A stretch of 64,000 nucleotides of DNA from Eledone cirrhosa (taxonomy: Eukaryota). Both the position numbers and the translations under genes were made by a program. Position 1 is the stretch's first letter. Every line of letters begins with the position of its first letter. The notes under the pieces were generated by a model. The model saw only the letters and a program-made list of their open reading frames with translations, made no database searches and was not told the origin of the DNA. The stretch covers positions 137,020,001 through 137,084,000 of the forward strand of contig OZ024743.1 of the NCBI GenBank assembly GCA_964016885.1, in the 5' to 3' direction. This document shows, one piece after another, positions 47,150-62,100 of the stretch.

Positions 47150-50100
47150 CAAACACCAAACACCAAGCACCAAACACCAGCCAGCAAGCACCAAGCAGCA
47201 AACACCAAACACCAAGCACTAAGCACCAAAAACCAAACAACAAACACCAGGCACCAAGCACCAAAAACCAAACACCAAGCACGCAGCACCAAACACCAAG
47301 CACCAAGCACCAAACACCAAACACCAAACACCAAGCACCAAGAACCAAACACCAAACACCAAACCCTAATCACCAAGCACCAAGCACAAAACACCAAGCA
47401 CCAAGCAGCAAGCACCAAACACCAAGCACCAAGCACCAAGCACCAAGCACCAAACACCAAGCACCAAGCACCAAACACCAAACCCCAAGCACCAAAGACC
47501 AAGCACCAAGCACCAAGAACCAAACACCAAGCACCAAGCACCAAGCACCAAACACCAAGCACCAAGCACCAAACACCCAGCCCCAAGCACCAAGCACCAA
47601 ACACCAAGCACCAAGCACCAAACACCAAACACCAAACACCAAGCACCAAGCACCAAACAGCAAGCACCAAACACCAAACAGCAAACATCAAACAGCAAAC
47701 ACCAAACACCAAACAGCAAACAGCAAACGCCAAACACCAAGCACCAAGCACCAAGCAGCAAACACCAAGCACCAAGCACCAAGCACAAAACACCAAACAC
47801 CTAGCACCAAGGACCAAACATCAAACACCAAGCACCAAGCACCTAGCACAAAGCACCGAACACCAAGCACCAAACACCAAACACCAAACACCAAGCACCA
47901 AACACCAAACACCAGGCACCAAGCACCAAACACCAAGCACCATGCACCAAACACCAAGCACCAAGCACGAAGCACCAAACACCAAGCACCAAGCACCAAA
48001 CACTTAACACCAAGCACCAAGCACCAAGCACCAAACACCAAGCACCAAACACTAAGCACCAAGCACCAAGTACATACACCAAGAACCAAACACAAAACAC
48101 CAAGCACCAAGCAACAAGCATCAAACACCAAGCATCAAACACCATACACAAAGCACCAAGCACCGAAACACCAAACACCAAGCACCAAGCACCAAGCACC
48201 AAGCACAAACATCAAGCACCCAGCACCAAACACCAAGCACCAAGCACCAAGCACCAAGCACCAAACACAGAGCACCAAACACCAAACACCAAGCACCAAA
48301 CACCAAACACCAAGCACCAAGCACCAAAACCCAAACACCAAGCACCAAGCACCAAACACCAAACACCAAACACCAGAAACCAAGCACCAAACACCAAACA
48401 CCAAACACCAAGCACCAAGCACCAAACACCAAGCACCAATCACCAAACAGCAAACCCCAAGCACCAAGCACCAAACACCACACAACAAGCACCAAACACC
48501 AAGAACCAGGCACCAAGCACCAAGCACCAAGCACCAAACACAAAAAACCAAGCACCAAACACCAAACACCAAGCACTAAGCACCAAGCACCAAGCACCAA
48601 ACTCCAAGCACCCAGCAGCAAACACCAAACACCAAGCACCAAACACCAAACAACAAGCACCAGGTACCAAGCACCAAACACCAAAAACCAAGCACCAAGC
48701 ACCAAACACCAAGCACCAAGCACCAAGCACCAAACACCAAACACCAAACACCAAACAGCAAAAACCAAATACGAAACAGCAAACACCATACAGCAAACAC
48801 CAAACACCAAAAAGCAGACAACAAACAGCTAACACCAAACACCAAACACCAGACACCAAACACCAAGCACCAAGCACCAACCACCAAACCCCAAGCACCA
48901 ATCAACAAACACTAATCACGAAGCACCAAGCACCAAACACCAAGCACCAAGCACCAAGCACCAAACACCAAGCACCAAGCACCAAGCACAAAACACCAAG
49001 CACCAAACAACAAGCACCAAGCACCAAGCACCAAACACCAAGCACCAAGCACCAAACACCAACCACCCAGCACCAAACACCAAGCACCAAGTACCAAACA
49101 CCAAACACCAAGCACCAAACACCAAACACCAAGCACCAAGCACCTAGCACGAAACACCATGCACCAAGCACCAAGCACCAAACACCAAACACCAAGCACC
49201 AAACACCAGCCACCAAGCACCAAGCACCAAACACCAAACACCAAGCACTAAGCACCAAAAACCAAACAACAAGCACCAGGCACCAAGCAGCAAACACCAA
49301 GCATCAAACACCAAACACCAAACACCAAGCACCAAACACCAAGCACCAAGCAGCAAACACCAAACACCAAGCCCCAAGCACCAAGCACCAAACACCAAAC
49401 ACCAAGCACCAAACACCAAACACCAAGCACCAAGCACCAAACACCAAACAACAAGCACCAGGCACCAAGCACCAAACACCAAACACCAAGCACGCAGCAT
49501 CAAACAGCAAGCACCAAGCACCAAGCACCAAACACCAAGCACCAAGCACCAAGCACCAAGTACCAAACACCAAACACCAAGCACCAAACACCAAACACCA
49601 GGCACCAAGCACCAAGCACGAAACACCATGCACCAAGCACCAAGCACCAAACACCAAACACCAAGCACCAAACACCAGCCACCAAGCACCAAGCAGCAAA
49701 CACCAAACACCAAGCACTAAGCACCAAAAACCAAACAACAAACACCAGGCACCAAGCACCAAAAACCAAACACCAAGCACGCAGCACCAAACACCAAGCA
49801 CCAAGCACCAAACACCAAGCACCAAGCACCAAGCACCAAACACCAAACACCAAACACCAAGCACCAAGAACCAAACACCAAACACCAAACCCTAATCACC
49901 AAGCACCAAGCACAAAACACCAAGCACCAAGCAGCAAGCACCAAACACCAAGCACAAAGCACCAAGCACCAAGCACCAAACACCAAGCACCAAGCACCAA
50001 ACACCAAACCCCAAGCACCAAAGACCAAGCACCAAGCACCAAGAACCAAACACCAAGCACCAAGCACGAAGCACCAAACACCAAGCACCAAGCACCAAAC

Positions 50101-53100
50101 ACCCAGCCCCAAGCACCAAGCACCAAACACCAAGCACCAAGCACCAAACACCAAGCACCAAACACCAAGCACCAAGCACCAAACAGCAAACATCAAACAG
50201 CAAACACCAAACACCTAACAGCAAACAGCAAACGCCAAACACCAAGCACCAAGCACCAAGCAGCAAACACCAAGCACCAAGCACCAAGCACAAAACACCA
50301 AACACCTAGCACCAAGGACCAAACATCAAACACCAAGCACCAAACACCAAACACCAAACACCAAGCACCAAACACCAAACACCAGGCACCAAGCACCAAA
50401 CACCAAGCGCCATGCACCAAACACCAAGCACCAAGCACGAAGCACCAAACACCAAGCACCAAGCACCAAACACTTAACACCAAGCACCAAGCACCAAGCA
50501 CCAAACACCAAGCACCAAACACTAAGCACCAAGCACCAAGTACATACACCAAGAACCAAACACAAAACACCAAGCACCAAGCAACAAGCATCAAACACCA
50601 AGCATCAAACACCATACACAAAGCACCAAGCACCGAAACACCAAACACCAAGCACCAAGCACCAAGCACAAACATCAAGCACCCAGCACCAAACACCATG
50701 CACCAAGCACCAAGCACCAAACACAGAGCACCAAACACCAAACACCAAGCACCAAACACCAAACACCAAGCACCAAGCACCAAAACCCAAACACCAAGCA
50801 CCAAGCACCAAACACCAAACACCAAACACCAGAAACCAAGCACCAAACACCAAACACCAAACACCAAGCACCAAGCACCAAACACCAAGCACCAAGCACC
50901 AAACAGCAAACCCCAAGCACCAAGCACCAAACACTAATCACCAAGCACCAAGCACCACACAACAAGCACCAAACACCAAGAACCAGGCACCAAGCACCAA
51001 GCACCAAACACAAAACACCAAGCACCAAACACCAAACACCAAGCACTAAGCACCAAGCACCAAGCACCAAACTCCAAGCACCCAGCAGCAAACACCAAAC
51101 ACCAAGCACCAAACACCAAACAACAAGCACCAGGTACCAAGCACCAAACTCCAAAAACCAAGCACCAAGCACCAAACACCAAGCACCAAGCACCAAGCAC
51201 CAAACACCAAACACCAAACACCAAACAGCAAAAACCAAATACGAAACAGCAAACACCATACAGCAAACACCAAACACTAAAAAGCAGACACCAAACAGCT
51301 AACACCAAACACCAAACACCAGACACCAAACACCAAGCACCAAGCACCAACCACCAAACCCCAAGCACCAATCAACAAACACTAATCACGAAGCACCAAG
51401 CACCAAACACCAAGCACCAAGCACCAAGCACCAAACACCAAGCACCAAGCACCAAGCACAAAACACCAAGCACCAAACAACAAGCACCAAGCACCAAGCA
51501 CCAAACACCAAGCACCAAGCACCAAACACCAACCACCCAGCACCAAACACCAAGCACCAAGTACCAAACACCAAACACCAAGCACCAAACACCAAACACC
51601 AAGCACCAAGCACCTAGCACGAAACACCATGCACCAAGCACCAAGCACCAAACACCAAACACCAAGCACCAAACACCAGCCACCAAGCACCAAGCACCAA
51701 ACACCAAGCACTAAGCACCAAAAACCAAACAACAAGCACCAGGCACCAAGCACCAAACACCAAACACCAAGCACGCAGCACCAAACACCAAGCACCAAGC
51801 ACCAAGCACCAAACACCAAGCACCAAGCACCAAGCACCAAATACCAAACACCAAGCACCAAGAACCAAACACCAAACACCAAACAGCAAGCACCAAGCAC
51901 CAAACACCAAGCACGAAACACCAAACCCCAAGCACCAATCACCAAACACTAATCACCAAGCACCAAGCACCAAACGCCAAGCACCAAGCAGCAAGCACCA
52001 AACACCAAGCACCAAGCACCAAACACCAAGCACCAAACACCAAACACCAAACCCCAAGCACCAAAGACCAAGCACCAAGCACCAAGCACCAAGCACCAAA
52101 CAGCAAACATCAAACAGCAAACACCAAACAGCAAACAGCAAACAGCAAACGCCAAACACCAAGCACCAAGCACCAAACACCAAGCACCAACACCAAGCAC
52201 AAAACACCAAACACCAAGCACGAAGGACCAAACATCAAACACCAAGCACCAAGCACCTAGCACAAAGCACCGAACACCAAGCACCAAACACCAAGCACCA
52301 AGCACGAAGCACCAAACACGAAGCACCAAGCACCAAACACTTAACACCAAGCACCAAGCACCAAGCACCTAACACCAAGCACCAAACACCAAACACCAAG
52401 CACCAAGTACCAAACACCAAGCACCAAGCACCAAACACCAAGCACCAAGCACCAATCACCAAACACCAAGAACCAAGCACCAAACACCAAGCACCAAGCA
52501 CATACACCAAGAACCAAGCACCAAACACCAAACACCAAACACCAAGCACAAAGCACCAAACACCAAGCACCAAGCACCAAACAGCAAACCCCAAGCACCA
52601 AACACAAAACACCAAGCACCAAGCAACAAGCATCAAACACCAAGTATCAAACACCAAACAACAAGCACCAAGCACCAAACACCAAACACCAAGCACCAAG
52701 CACAAACATCAAGCACCCAGCACCAAACACCAAGCACCAAGCACCAAGCACCAAACACCAAGCACCAAACACCAAACACCAAGCACCAAACACCAAACAC
52801 CAAGCACCAAGCACCAAAACCCAAACACCAAGCACCAAGCACCAAACACCAAACACCAAACACCAGAAACCAAGCATCAAACACCAAACACCAAACACCA
52901 AGCACAAAGCACCAAACACCAAGCACCAAGCACCAAACAGCAAACCCCAAGCACCAAGCACCAAACACTAATCACCAAGCAACAAGCACCACACAACAAG
53001 CACCAAGCACCAAGAACCAGGCACCAAGCACCAAGCACCAAACACAAAACACCAAGCACGAAGCACCAAGTAGCACACACCAAGCATCAAACACCAAACA

Positions 53101-53130
53101 CCAAACACCAAGCACCAAACACCAAACACC
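47150..53130 (+). repeat. Diverged ~2.5 kb tandem duplication (offset 2,470-2,526) followed by a more diverged partial third copy
   Basis: ORF offsets 47366/49892 (2526); 48902/51372 and 48912/51382 (2470). Shared TACATA (48071/50541) and CACCGAAA (48161/50631). Related CACATA, CACCAGA AACCAAG and CACAAA CATCAAG motifs recur at ~52500-52870. Confidence 0.8.
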
Positions 53131-56100
53131 AAGTCCTAAGCACCAAGCACCAAGCACCAAACACCAAACCACAAGCACCAAACACCAAACCCCAAGCACC
53201 AAACACCAAACACCAAACACCAAGCACGCAGCATCAAAGACCAAGCACCAAGCACCAAGCACCAAACACCAAGCACCAAGCACCAAATACCAAGCACCAA
53301 ACACAAAGCACCAAGCACCAAACACCAAGCACCAAGCACCAAACACCAAGCACCAAGCACCAAACACCAAACCACAAGCACCAAACACCAAACCCCAAGC
53401 ACCAAGCACCAAACACTAATCACCAAGCACCAAGCACCAAACAACAAGCACCAAGCACCAAACACCAGGCACCAAGCACCAAGCACCAAACACTAATCAC
53501 CAAGCACCAAGCACCAAGCACCAAACACCATGCACCAAGCACCAAGCACCAAAAACCAAGAACCAAGCACCAAACACCAAACACCAAGATCCAAACACCA
53601 AGCACCAAGCACCAAGCACCAACCACCCAGCACCAAGCACCAAGCACCAAACACCAAGCACCAAACACCAAGCACCATGCACCAAGCACCAAGCACCAAG
53701 CACCAAACACCAAGCACCAAGCACTAAGCACCAAACACCAAGCCCCAAGTACCAAGCACCAAACACCAAACACCCAGCACCAAGCACCAAGCACCAAACA
53801 CCAGGCACCAAACACTAAACACCAAACACCAAGCACCAAGCACCAAGCACCAAACACCAAGCACCAAGCACTAAGCACCAAACACCAAGCTCCAAGCACC
53901 AAGCACCAAACACCAAACACAAGCACCAAGCACCAAACACCAAGCACCAAGCACCATGCACCTAGCACCAAACACCAAACACCAAGCACCAAGCACCAAA
54001 CACCAAGCACCAATCACCAAGCACCAAACACCAAGCAGCAAGCATCAAGCACCAAACACCAAACACCAAGCACCAAGCACCAAGCACCAAGCACCGAACA
54101 CCAAGCACATAACACCAAGCACCAAACACCAAGCACCAAGCACCAAACACAAAGCACCAAACACCAAGCACCAAGCACCAAGCACCAAACACCAAGCACC
54201 AGGCACCAAGCACCAAACACCAAGCACCATGCACCAAGCACCAAGCCCCAAACACTTAACACCAAGCACCAAGCACCAAGCACCAAACACCAATCACCAA
54301 AAACCAAACACCAAGCACCAAGTACCAAACACCAAGCACCAAGCACCAAACACCAAGCACCAAGCACCAATCACCAAACACCAAGAACCAAGCACCATAC
54401 ACCAAGCACCAAGCACCAAGGACCAGGCACCAAGCACCAAGCAGCAAACACCAAGCATCAAACACCAAACACCAAACACCAAGCACCAAGAACCAAACAA
54501 CAAACACCAAGCACCAAACACCAGATATCAAGCACCAAGCACCAAACACCAAACACCAAGCACCAAGCACCAAACACCAAACAACAAGCACCAGGCACCA
54601 AGCACCAAACACCAAACACCAAGCACCAAACACCAAGCACCAAGCACCAAACACCAAACCACAAGCACCAAACACCAAACCCCAAGCACCAAACACCAAA
54701 CACCAAACACCAAGCACGCAGCATCAAAGACCAAGCACCAAGCACCAAGCACCAAACACCAAGCACCAAGCACCAAATACCAAGCACCAAACACAAAGCA
54801 CCAAGCACCAAACACCAAGCACCAAGCACCAAACACCAAGCACCAAGCACCAAACACCAAACCACAAGCACCAAACACCAAACCCCAAGCACCAAGCACC
54901 AAACACTAATCACCAAGCACCAAGCACCAAACAACAAGCACCAAGCACCAAGCACCAGGCACCAAGCACCAAGCACCAAACACTAATCACCAAGCACCAA
55001 GCACCAAGCACCAACCACCCAGCACCAAGCACCAAGCACCAAACACCAAGCACCAAACACCAAGCACCAAGCACCAAGCACCAAGCACCAAGCACCAAAC
55101 ACGAAGCACCAAGCACTAAGCACCAAACACCAAGCCCCAAGTACCAAGCACCAAACACCAAACACCAAGCACCAAGCACCAATCACGAAACACCAAGAAC
55201 CAAGCACCAAACACCAAGCCTTTAGGACCAAGCACCAGGCACCAAGCACCAAGCACCAAACACAAAACACCAAGCACCAAGCACCAAGCAGCAAACACCA
55301 AGCATCAAACACCAAACACCAAACACCAAGCACCAAACACCAAGCACCAAGCACCAAGCACCAAACACCAAACACCAAGCACCATACACCAAACACCAAG
55401 CACCAAGCACCAAACACCAAACAACAAGCACCAGGCAACAAGCACCAAACACCAAACACCAAGCATGCAGCATTAAACACCAAGCACCAAGCACCAAACA
55501 CCAAGCACCAAGCACCAAGCACCAAGTACCAAACACCAAACACCAAGCACCAAACACCAAACACCAAGCACCAAGCACCAAGCACGAAACACCAGGCACC
55601 AAGCACCAAGCACCAAACACCAAACACCAAGCACCAAACACCAGCCACCAAGCACCAAGCACCAAACACTAATCACCAAGCACCAAGCACCAAACACCAA
55701 GCACCAAGCACCAAACACCAAACCCCAACCACCATAGACCAAGCACCAAGCACCAAGGAACAAACACCAAGCACCAAGCACCAAGCACCACACACCAAGC
55801 ACCAAGCACCAAGCACTAAACAGCAAGCACCAAACACCAAACACCAAACAGCAAACACCAAACACCAAACAGCAAACAGCAAACGCCAAACACCAAGCAC
55901 CAAGCACCAAGCCCCAAACACCAAGCACCAAGCACCAAGAACCAAACACCAAACACCAAACAGCAAGCACCAAGCACCAAACACCAAGCACCAAACACCA
56001 AACCCCAAGCACCAATCACCAAACACTAATCACCAAGCACCAAGCACCAAACACCGAGCACCAAACACCAAGCACCAAGCACCAAACACCAAACCCCAAC

Positions 56101-59100
56101 CACCATAGACCAAGCACCAAGCACCAAGGAACAAACACCAAGCACCAAGCACCAAGCACCAAACACCAAGCACCAAGCACCAAACACCCAGCACCAAGCA
56201 CCAAGCATCAAACAACAAGCACCAAGCACCAAACACCAAACACCAAACACCAAGCACCAAGCACTAAACAGCAAGCACCAAACACCAAATACCAAACAGC
56301 AAACACCAAACAGCAAACACCAAACACCAAACAGCAAACAGCAAATGCCAAACACCAAGCACCAAGCACCAAGCACCAAACACCAAGCACCAAGCACCAA
56401 GCACAAAACACCAAACACCAAGCACCAAACACCAAGCATCAAACACCAAGCACCAAGCACCAAACACCAAACACCAAGCACCAAACACCAAGCACCAAAC
56501 ACCAAGCACCAAACACCAAGCACCAAACACGAAACACCAAGCACCAAGCACCAAGCACCAAACACCAAGTACCAAACACCAAGCACCAAACACCAAGTCC
56601 CACTCACCAAGCAGCAAACACCAAGCACCAAGCCCCAAGCACCAAGCACCAAGCACCAAGCACCAAGCCCCTAGCACCAAACACCAAACACCAAGCACCA
56701 AGCACAAAACACCAAGCACCAATCACCTAGCACCAAACACCAAGCATCAAGCAGCAAGCACCAAACACCAAACACCAAGCACCAAGCACCAAATACCAAA
56801 CACCAAGCACCAAGCACCAAACACCAAACACCAAGCACCAAGCACCAAGAACCAAACAACAAACACCAAGCACCAAACACCAGATATCAAGCACCAAGCA
56901 CCACACACCAAACACCAAGCACCAAGCACCAAACACCAAACAACAAGCACCAGGCACCAAGCACCAAACACCAAACACCAAGCACCAAACACCAAGCACC
57001 AAGCACCAAACACCAAACCACAAGCACCAAACACCAAACCCCAAGCACCAAACACCAAACACCAAGCACGCAGCATCAAAGACCAAGCACCAAGCACCAA
57101 GCACCAAACACCAAGCACCAAGCACCAAATACCAAGCACCAAACACAAAGCACCAAGCACCAAACACCAAGCACCAAGCACCAAACACCAAGCACCAAGC
57201 ACCAAACACCAAACCACAAGCACCAAACACCAAACCCCAAGCACCAAGCACCAAACACTAATCACCAAGCACCAAGCACCAAACAACAAGCACCAAGCAC
57301 CAAGCACCAGGCACCAAGCACCAAGCACCAAACACTAATCACCAAGCACCAAGCACCAAGCACCAACCACCCAGCACCAAGCACCAAGCACCAAACACCA
57401 AGCACCAAACACCAAGCACCAAGCACCAAGCACCAAGCACCAAGCACCAAACACGAAGCACCAAGCACTAAGCACCAAACACCAAGCCCCAAGTACCAAG
57501 CACCAAACACCAAACACCAAGCACCAAGCACCAATCACCAAACACCAAGAACCAAGCACCAAGCACCAAGCCTTTAGGACCAAGCACCAGGCACCAAGCA
57601 CCAAGCACCAAACACAAAACACCAAGCACCAAGCACCAAGCAGCAAACACCAAGCATCAAACACCAAACACCAAACACCAAGCACCAAACACCAAGCACC
57701 AAGCACCAAACACCAAACACCAAGCACCAAGCACCAAGCACCAAACACCAAACACCAAGCACCATACACCAAACACCAAGCACCAAGCACCAAACACCAA
57801 ACAACAAGCACCAGGCAACAAGCACCAAACACCAAACACCAAGCATGCAGCATTAAACACCAAGCACCAAGCACCAAACACCAAGCACCAAGCACCAAGC
57901 ACCAAGTACGAAACACCAAACACCAAGCACCAAACACCAAACACCAAGCACCAAGCACCAAGCACGAAACACCAGGCACCAAGCACCAAGCACCAAACAC
58001 CAAACACCAAGCACCAAACACCAGCCACCAAGCACCAAGCACCAAACACTAATCACCAAGCACCAAGCACCAAACACCAAGCACCAAGCACCAAACACCA
58101 AACCCCAACCACAATAGATCAAGCACCAAGCACCAAGGAACAAACACCAAGCACCAAGCACCAAGCACCACACACCAAGCACCAAGCACCAAGCACTAAA
58201 CAGCAAGCACCAAACACCAAACACCAAACAGCAAACACCAAACAGCAAACACCAAACACCAAACAGCAAACAGCAAACGCCAAACACCAAGCACCAAGCA
58301 CCAAGCACCAAACACCAAGCACCAAGCACCAAGAACCAAACACCAAACACCAAACAGCAAGCACCAAGCACCAAACACCAAGCACCAAACACCAAACCCC
58401 AAGCACCAATCACCAAACACTAATCACCAAGCACCAAGCACCAAACACCGAGCACCAAACACCAAGCACCAAGCACCAAACACCAGACCCCAACCACCAT
58501 AGACGAAACACCAAGCACCAAGGAACAAACACCAAGCACCAAGCACCAAGCACCAAACACCAAGCACCAAGCACCAAACACCCAGCACCAAGCACCAAGC
58601 ATCAAACAACAAGCACCAAGCACCAAACACCAAACACCAAACACCAAGCACCAAGCACTAAACAGCAAGCACCAAACACCAAACACCAAACAGCAAACAC
58701 CAAACAGCAAACACCAAACACCAAACAGCAAACAGCAAACGCCAAACACCAAGCACCAAGCACCAAGCACCAAACACCAAGCACCAAGCACCAAGCACAA
58801 AACACCAAACACCAAGCACCAAACACCAAGCACCAAACACCAAGCACCAAACACGAAACACCAAGCACCAAGCACCAAGCACCAAACACCAAGTACCAAA
58901 CACCAAGCACCAAACACCAAGTCCCACTCACCAAGCAGCAAACACCAAGCACCAAGCCCCAAGCACCAAGCACCAAGCACCAAGCACCAAGCCCCTAGCA
59001 CCAAACACCAAACACCAGGCACCAAGCACAAAACACCAAGCACCAATCACCTAGCACCAAACACCAAGCATCAAGCAGCAAGCACCAAACACCAAACACC

Positions 59101-62100
59101 AAGCACCAAGCACCAAATACCAAACACCAAGCACCAAGGACCAAACATCAAACACCAAGCACCAAGCACCAAACGCCTAACACCAAGCACCAAGCACCAA
59201 GCACCAAGCACCAAACACCAAGTACCAATCACCATACACCAAGCACCAAGCACCAAACACCAAGCACCAGGCACCAAGCACCAAACACCAAGCACCAAGC
59301 ACCAAACAGCAAGCACCAAGACCGAAGCACCAAACACCAAGCACCAAGCACAAAGCACCAAGCACCAAGCACCAAAAACAAACACCAAGCACCAAGTACC
59401 AAACACCAAGCACTAAGAACCAAACACCAAGCACCAAGCACCAATCACCAAACACCAAGAACCAAGCACCAAACAGCAAGCACCAAGCACCAAGCACCAG
59501 GCACCAAGCACCAAGCAACAGACACAAAACACCAAGCACCAAGCACCAAGCAGCAAACACCAAGCATCAAACACCAAACACCAAACACCAAGCACCAAAC
59601 ACCAAGCACCAAGCACCAAACACCAAACACCAAGCACCAAGCACCAAGCACCAAGCACCAAACACCAAACACCAAGCACCAAGCGCCAAACACCAAACAA
59701 CAAGCACCAGGCACCAAGCACCAAACACCAAACACCAAGCACCAAGCACCAAACACCAAACACCAAGCACGCAGCATCAAACACCAAGCACCAAGCACCA
59801 AGCACCAAGCACCAAACACCAAACACCAAGCACCAAGCACCAAGCCCCAAGCAGCAAGCACCAAACACCAAGCAACAAGCACCAAACACCAAGTACCAAG
59901 CACCAATCACCAAGCACCAAACACCAAGCACCAAAAAATAAGCACCAAGCACCAAACACCAAGCACCAAGCACCAAACACCAACCACCCGGCACCAAGAA
60001 CCAAGCACCAAACACCAAGCACCAAACACCAAACACCAAGCACCAAGCACCAAGCGCCAAGCTCCAAACACCAAGCACCAAGCACTAAGCACCAAACACC
60101 AAGCACCAAGCACCAAACACCAAGCACCAGGCACCAAGCACCAAACACCAAGCACCTAGCACCAAACACCAAACACCAAGCACCAAGCACCAAACACCAA
60201 GCACCAATCACCAAGCACCAAACACCAAGCAGCAAGCAACAAGCACAAAGCACCAAACACCAAGCACCAGGCACCAAGCACCAAACACCAAGCACCATGC
60301 ACCAAGCACCATGCCCCAAACACTTAACACCAAGCACCAAGCACCAAACACCAAGCACCAAAAACCAAACACCAAGCACCAACTACTAAACACCAAGCAC
60401 CAAACACCAAACACCAAGCATCAAACACCAAACACCAAACACCAAGCACCAAACACCAAGCACCAAGCACCAAACTCCAAACACCAAGCACCAAGCACCA
60501 AACAACAAGCACCAAGCACCAAACACCAAACACCAAGCACGCAGCATCAAACACCAAGCACCAAGCACCAAGCACCAAACACCAAGCACCAAGCACCAAG
60601 CACCAAACACCAAACAACAAGCACCAGGCCCCAAGCAGCAAACACGAAACACCAAGCACGCATCACCAAGCACCAAGCACCAAACACCAAACACCTAACA
60701 CCAAGCACCAAGAACCAAACACCAAACACCAAACAGCAAGCACCAAGCACCAAACACCAAGCACCAAACACCAAACACCAAGCACCAATCACAAAACACT
60801 AATCACCAAGCACCAAGCACCAAACACCGAGCACCAAGCATCAAGCACCAAACACCAAGCACCAAGCACCAAGAACCAAGCACCAAACACCAAGCACCAA
60901 GCACCAAACACCAAACCCGAAGCATCAAAGACCAAGCACCAAGCACCAAGGACCAAACACCAAGCACCAAGGACCAAGCAACAAACACCAAGCACCAAGC
61001 ACCAAACACCCAGCACCAAGCACCAAGCACCAGGCACCAAGCACCAAACACCAAACACCAAGCACGCAGCAACAAACAGCAAGCACCAAGCACCAAGCAC
61101 CAAACACCAAGCACCAAGCACCAAGCACCAAGTACCAAACACCAAACACCAAGCACCAAACACCAAACACCAGGCACCAAGCACCAAGCACGAAAGACCA
61201 TGCACCAAGCACCAAGCACCAAACACCAAACACCAAGCACCAAACACCAGCCACGAAGCACCAAGCAGCAAACACCAAACACCAAGCACTAAGCACCAAA
61301 AACCAAACAACAAGCACCAGGCACCAAGCACCAAAAACCAAACACCAAGCACGCAGCACCAAACACCAAGCACCAAGCACCAAGCACCAAACACCAAACA
61401 ACAAGCACCAGGTACCAAGCACCAAACACCAAACACCAAGTACCAAGCACCAAACACCAAACACCAAGCACCAAGCACCAAACACCAAGCACCAATCACC
61501 AAGCACCAAACACCAAGCAGCAAGCAGCAAGCACCAAACACCAAACACCAAGCACCAAGCACCAAACACCTAACACCAAGCACCAAGCACCAAGCACCAA
61601 GCACCGAACACCAAGCACCAAACACCAAGCACCAAACACCAAGCACCAAGCACCAAACACCAAGCACCAAACACCAAGCACCAAGCACCAAGCACCAAAC
61701 ACCAAGCACCAGGCACCAAGCACCAAACACCAAGCACCATGCACCAAGCACCAAGCCCCAAACACTTAACACCAAGCACCAAGCACCAAACACCAAGCAC
61801 CAAAAACCAAACACCAAGCACCAACTACTAAACACCAAGCACCAAGCACCAAACACCAAGCACCAAGCACCAATCACCAAACACCAAGAACCAAGCACCA
61901 AACACCAAGCACCAAGGACCAAGCACCAGGCACCAAGCACAAAGCACCAAACACAAAACACTAAGCACCAAACACAAAACACCAAGCACCAAGCACCAAG
62001 CAGCAAACACCAAGCATCAAACACCAAACACCAAACACCAAGCACCAAACACCAAGCACCAAGCAGCAAACACCAAACACCAAGCACCAAGCACCAAGCA

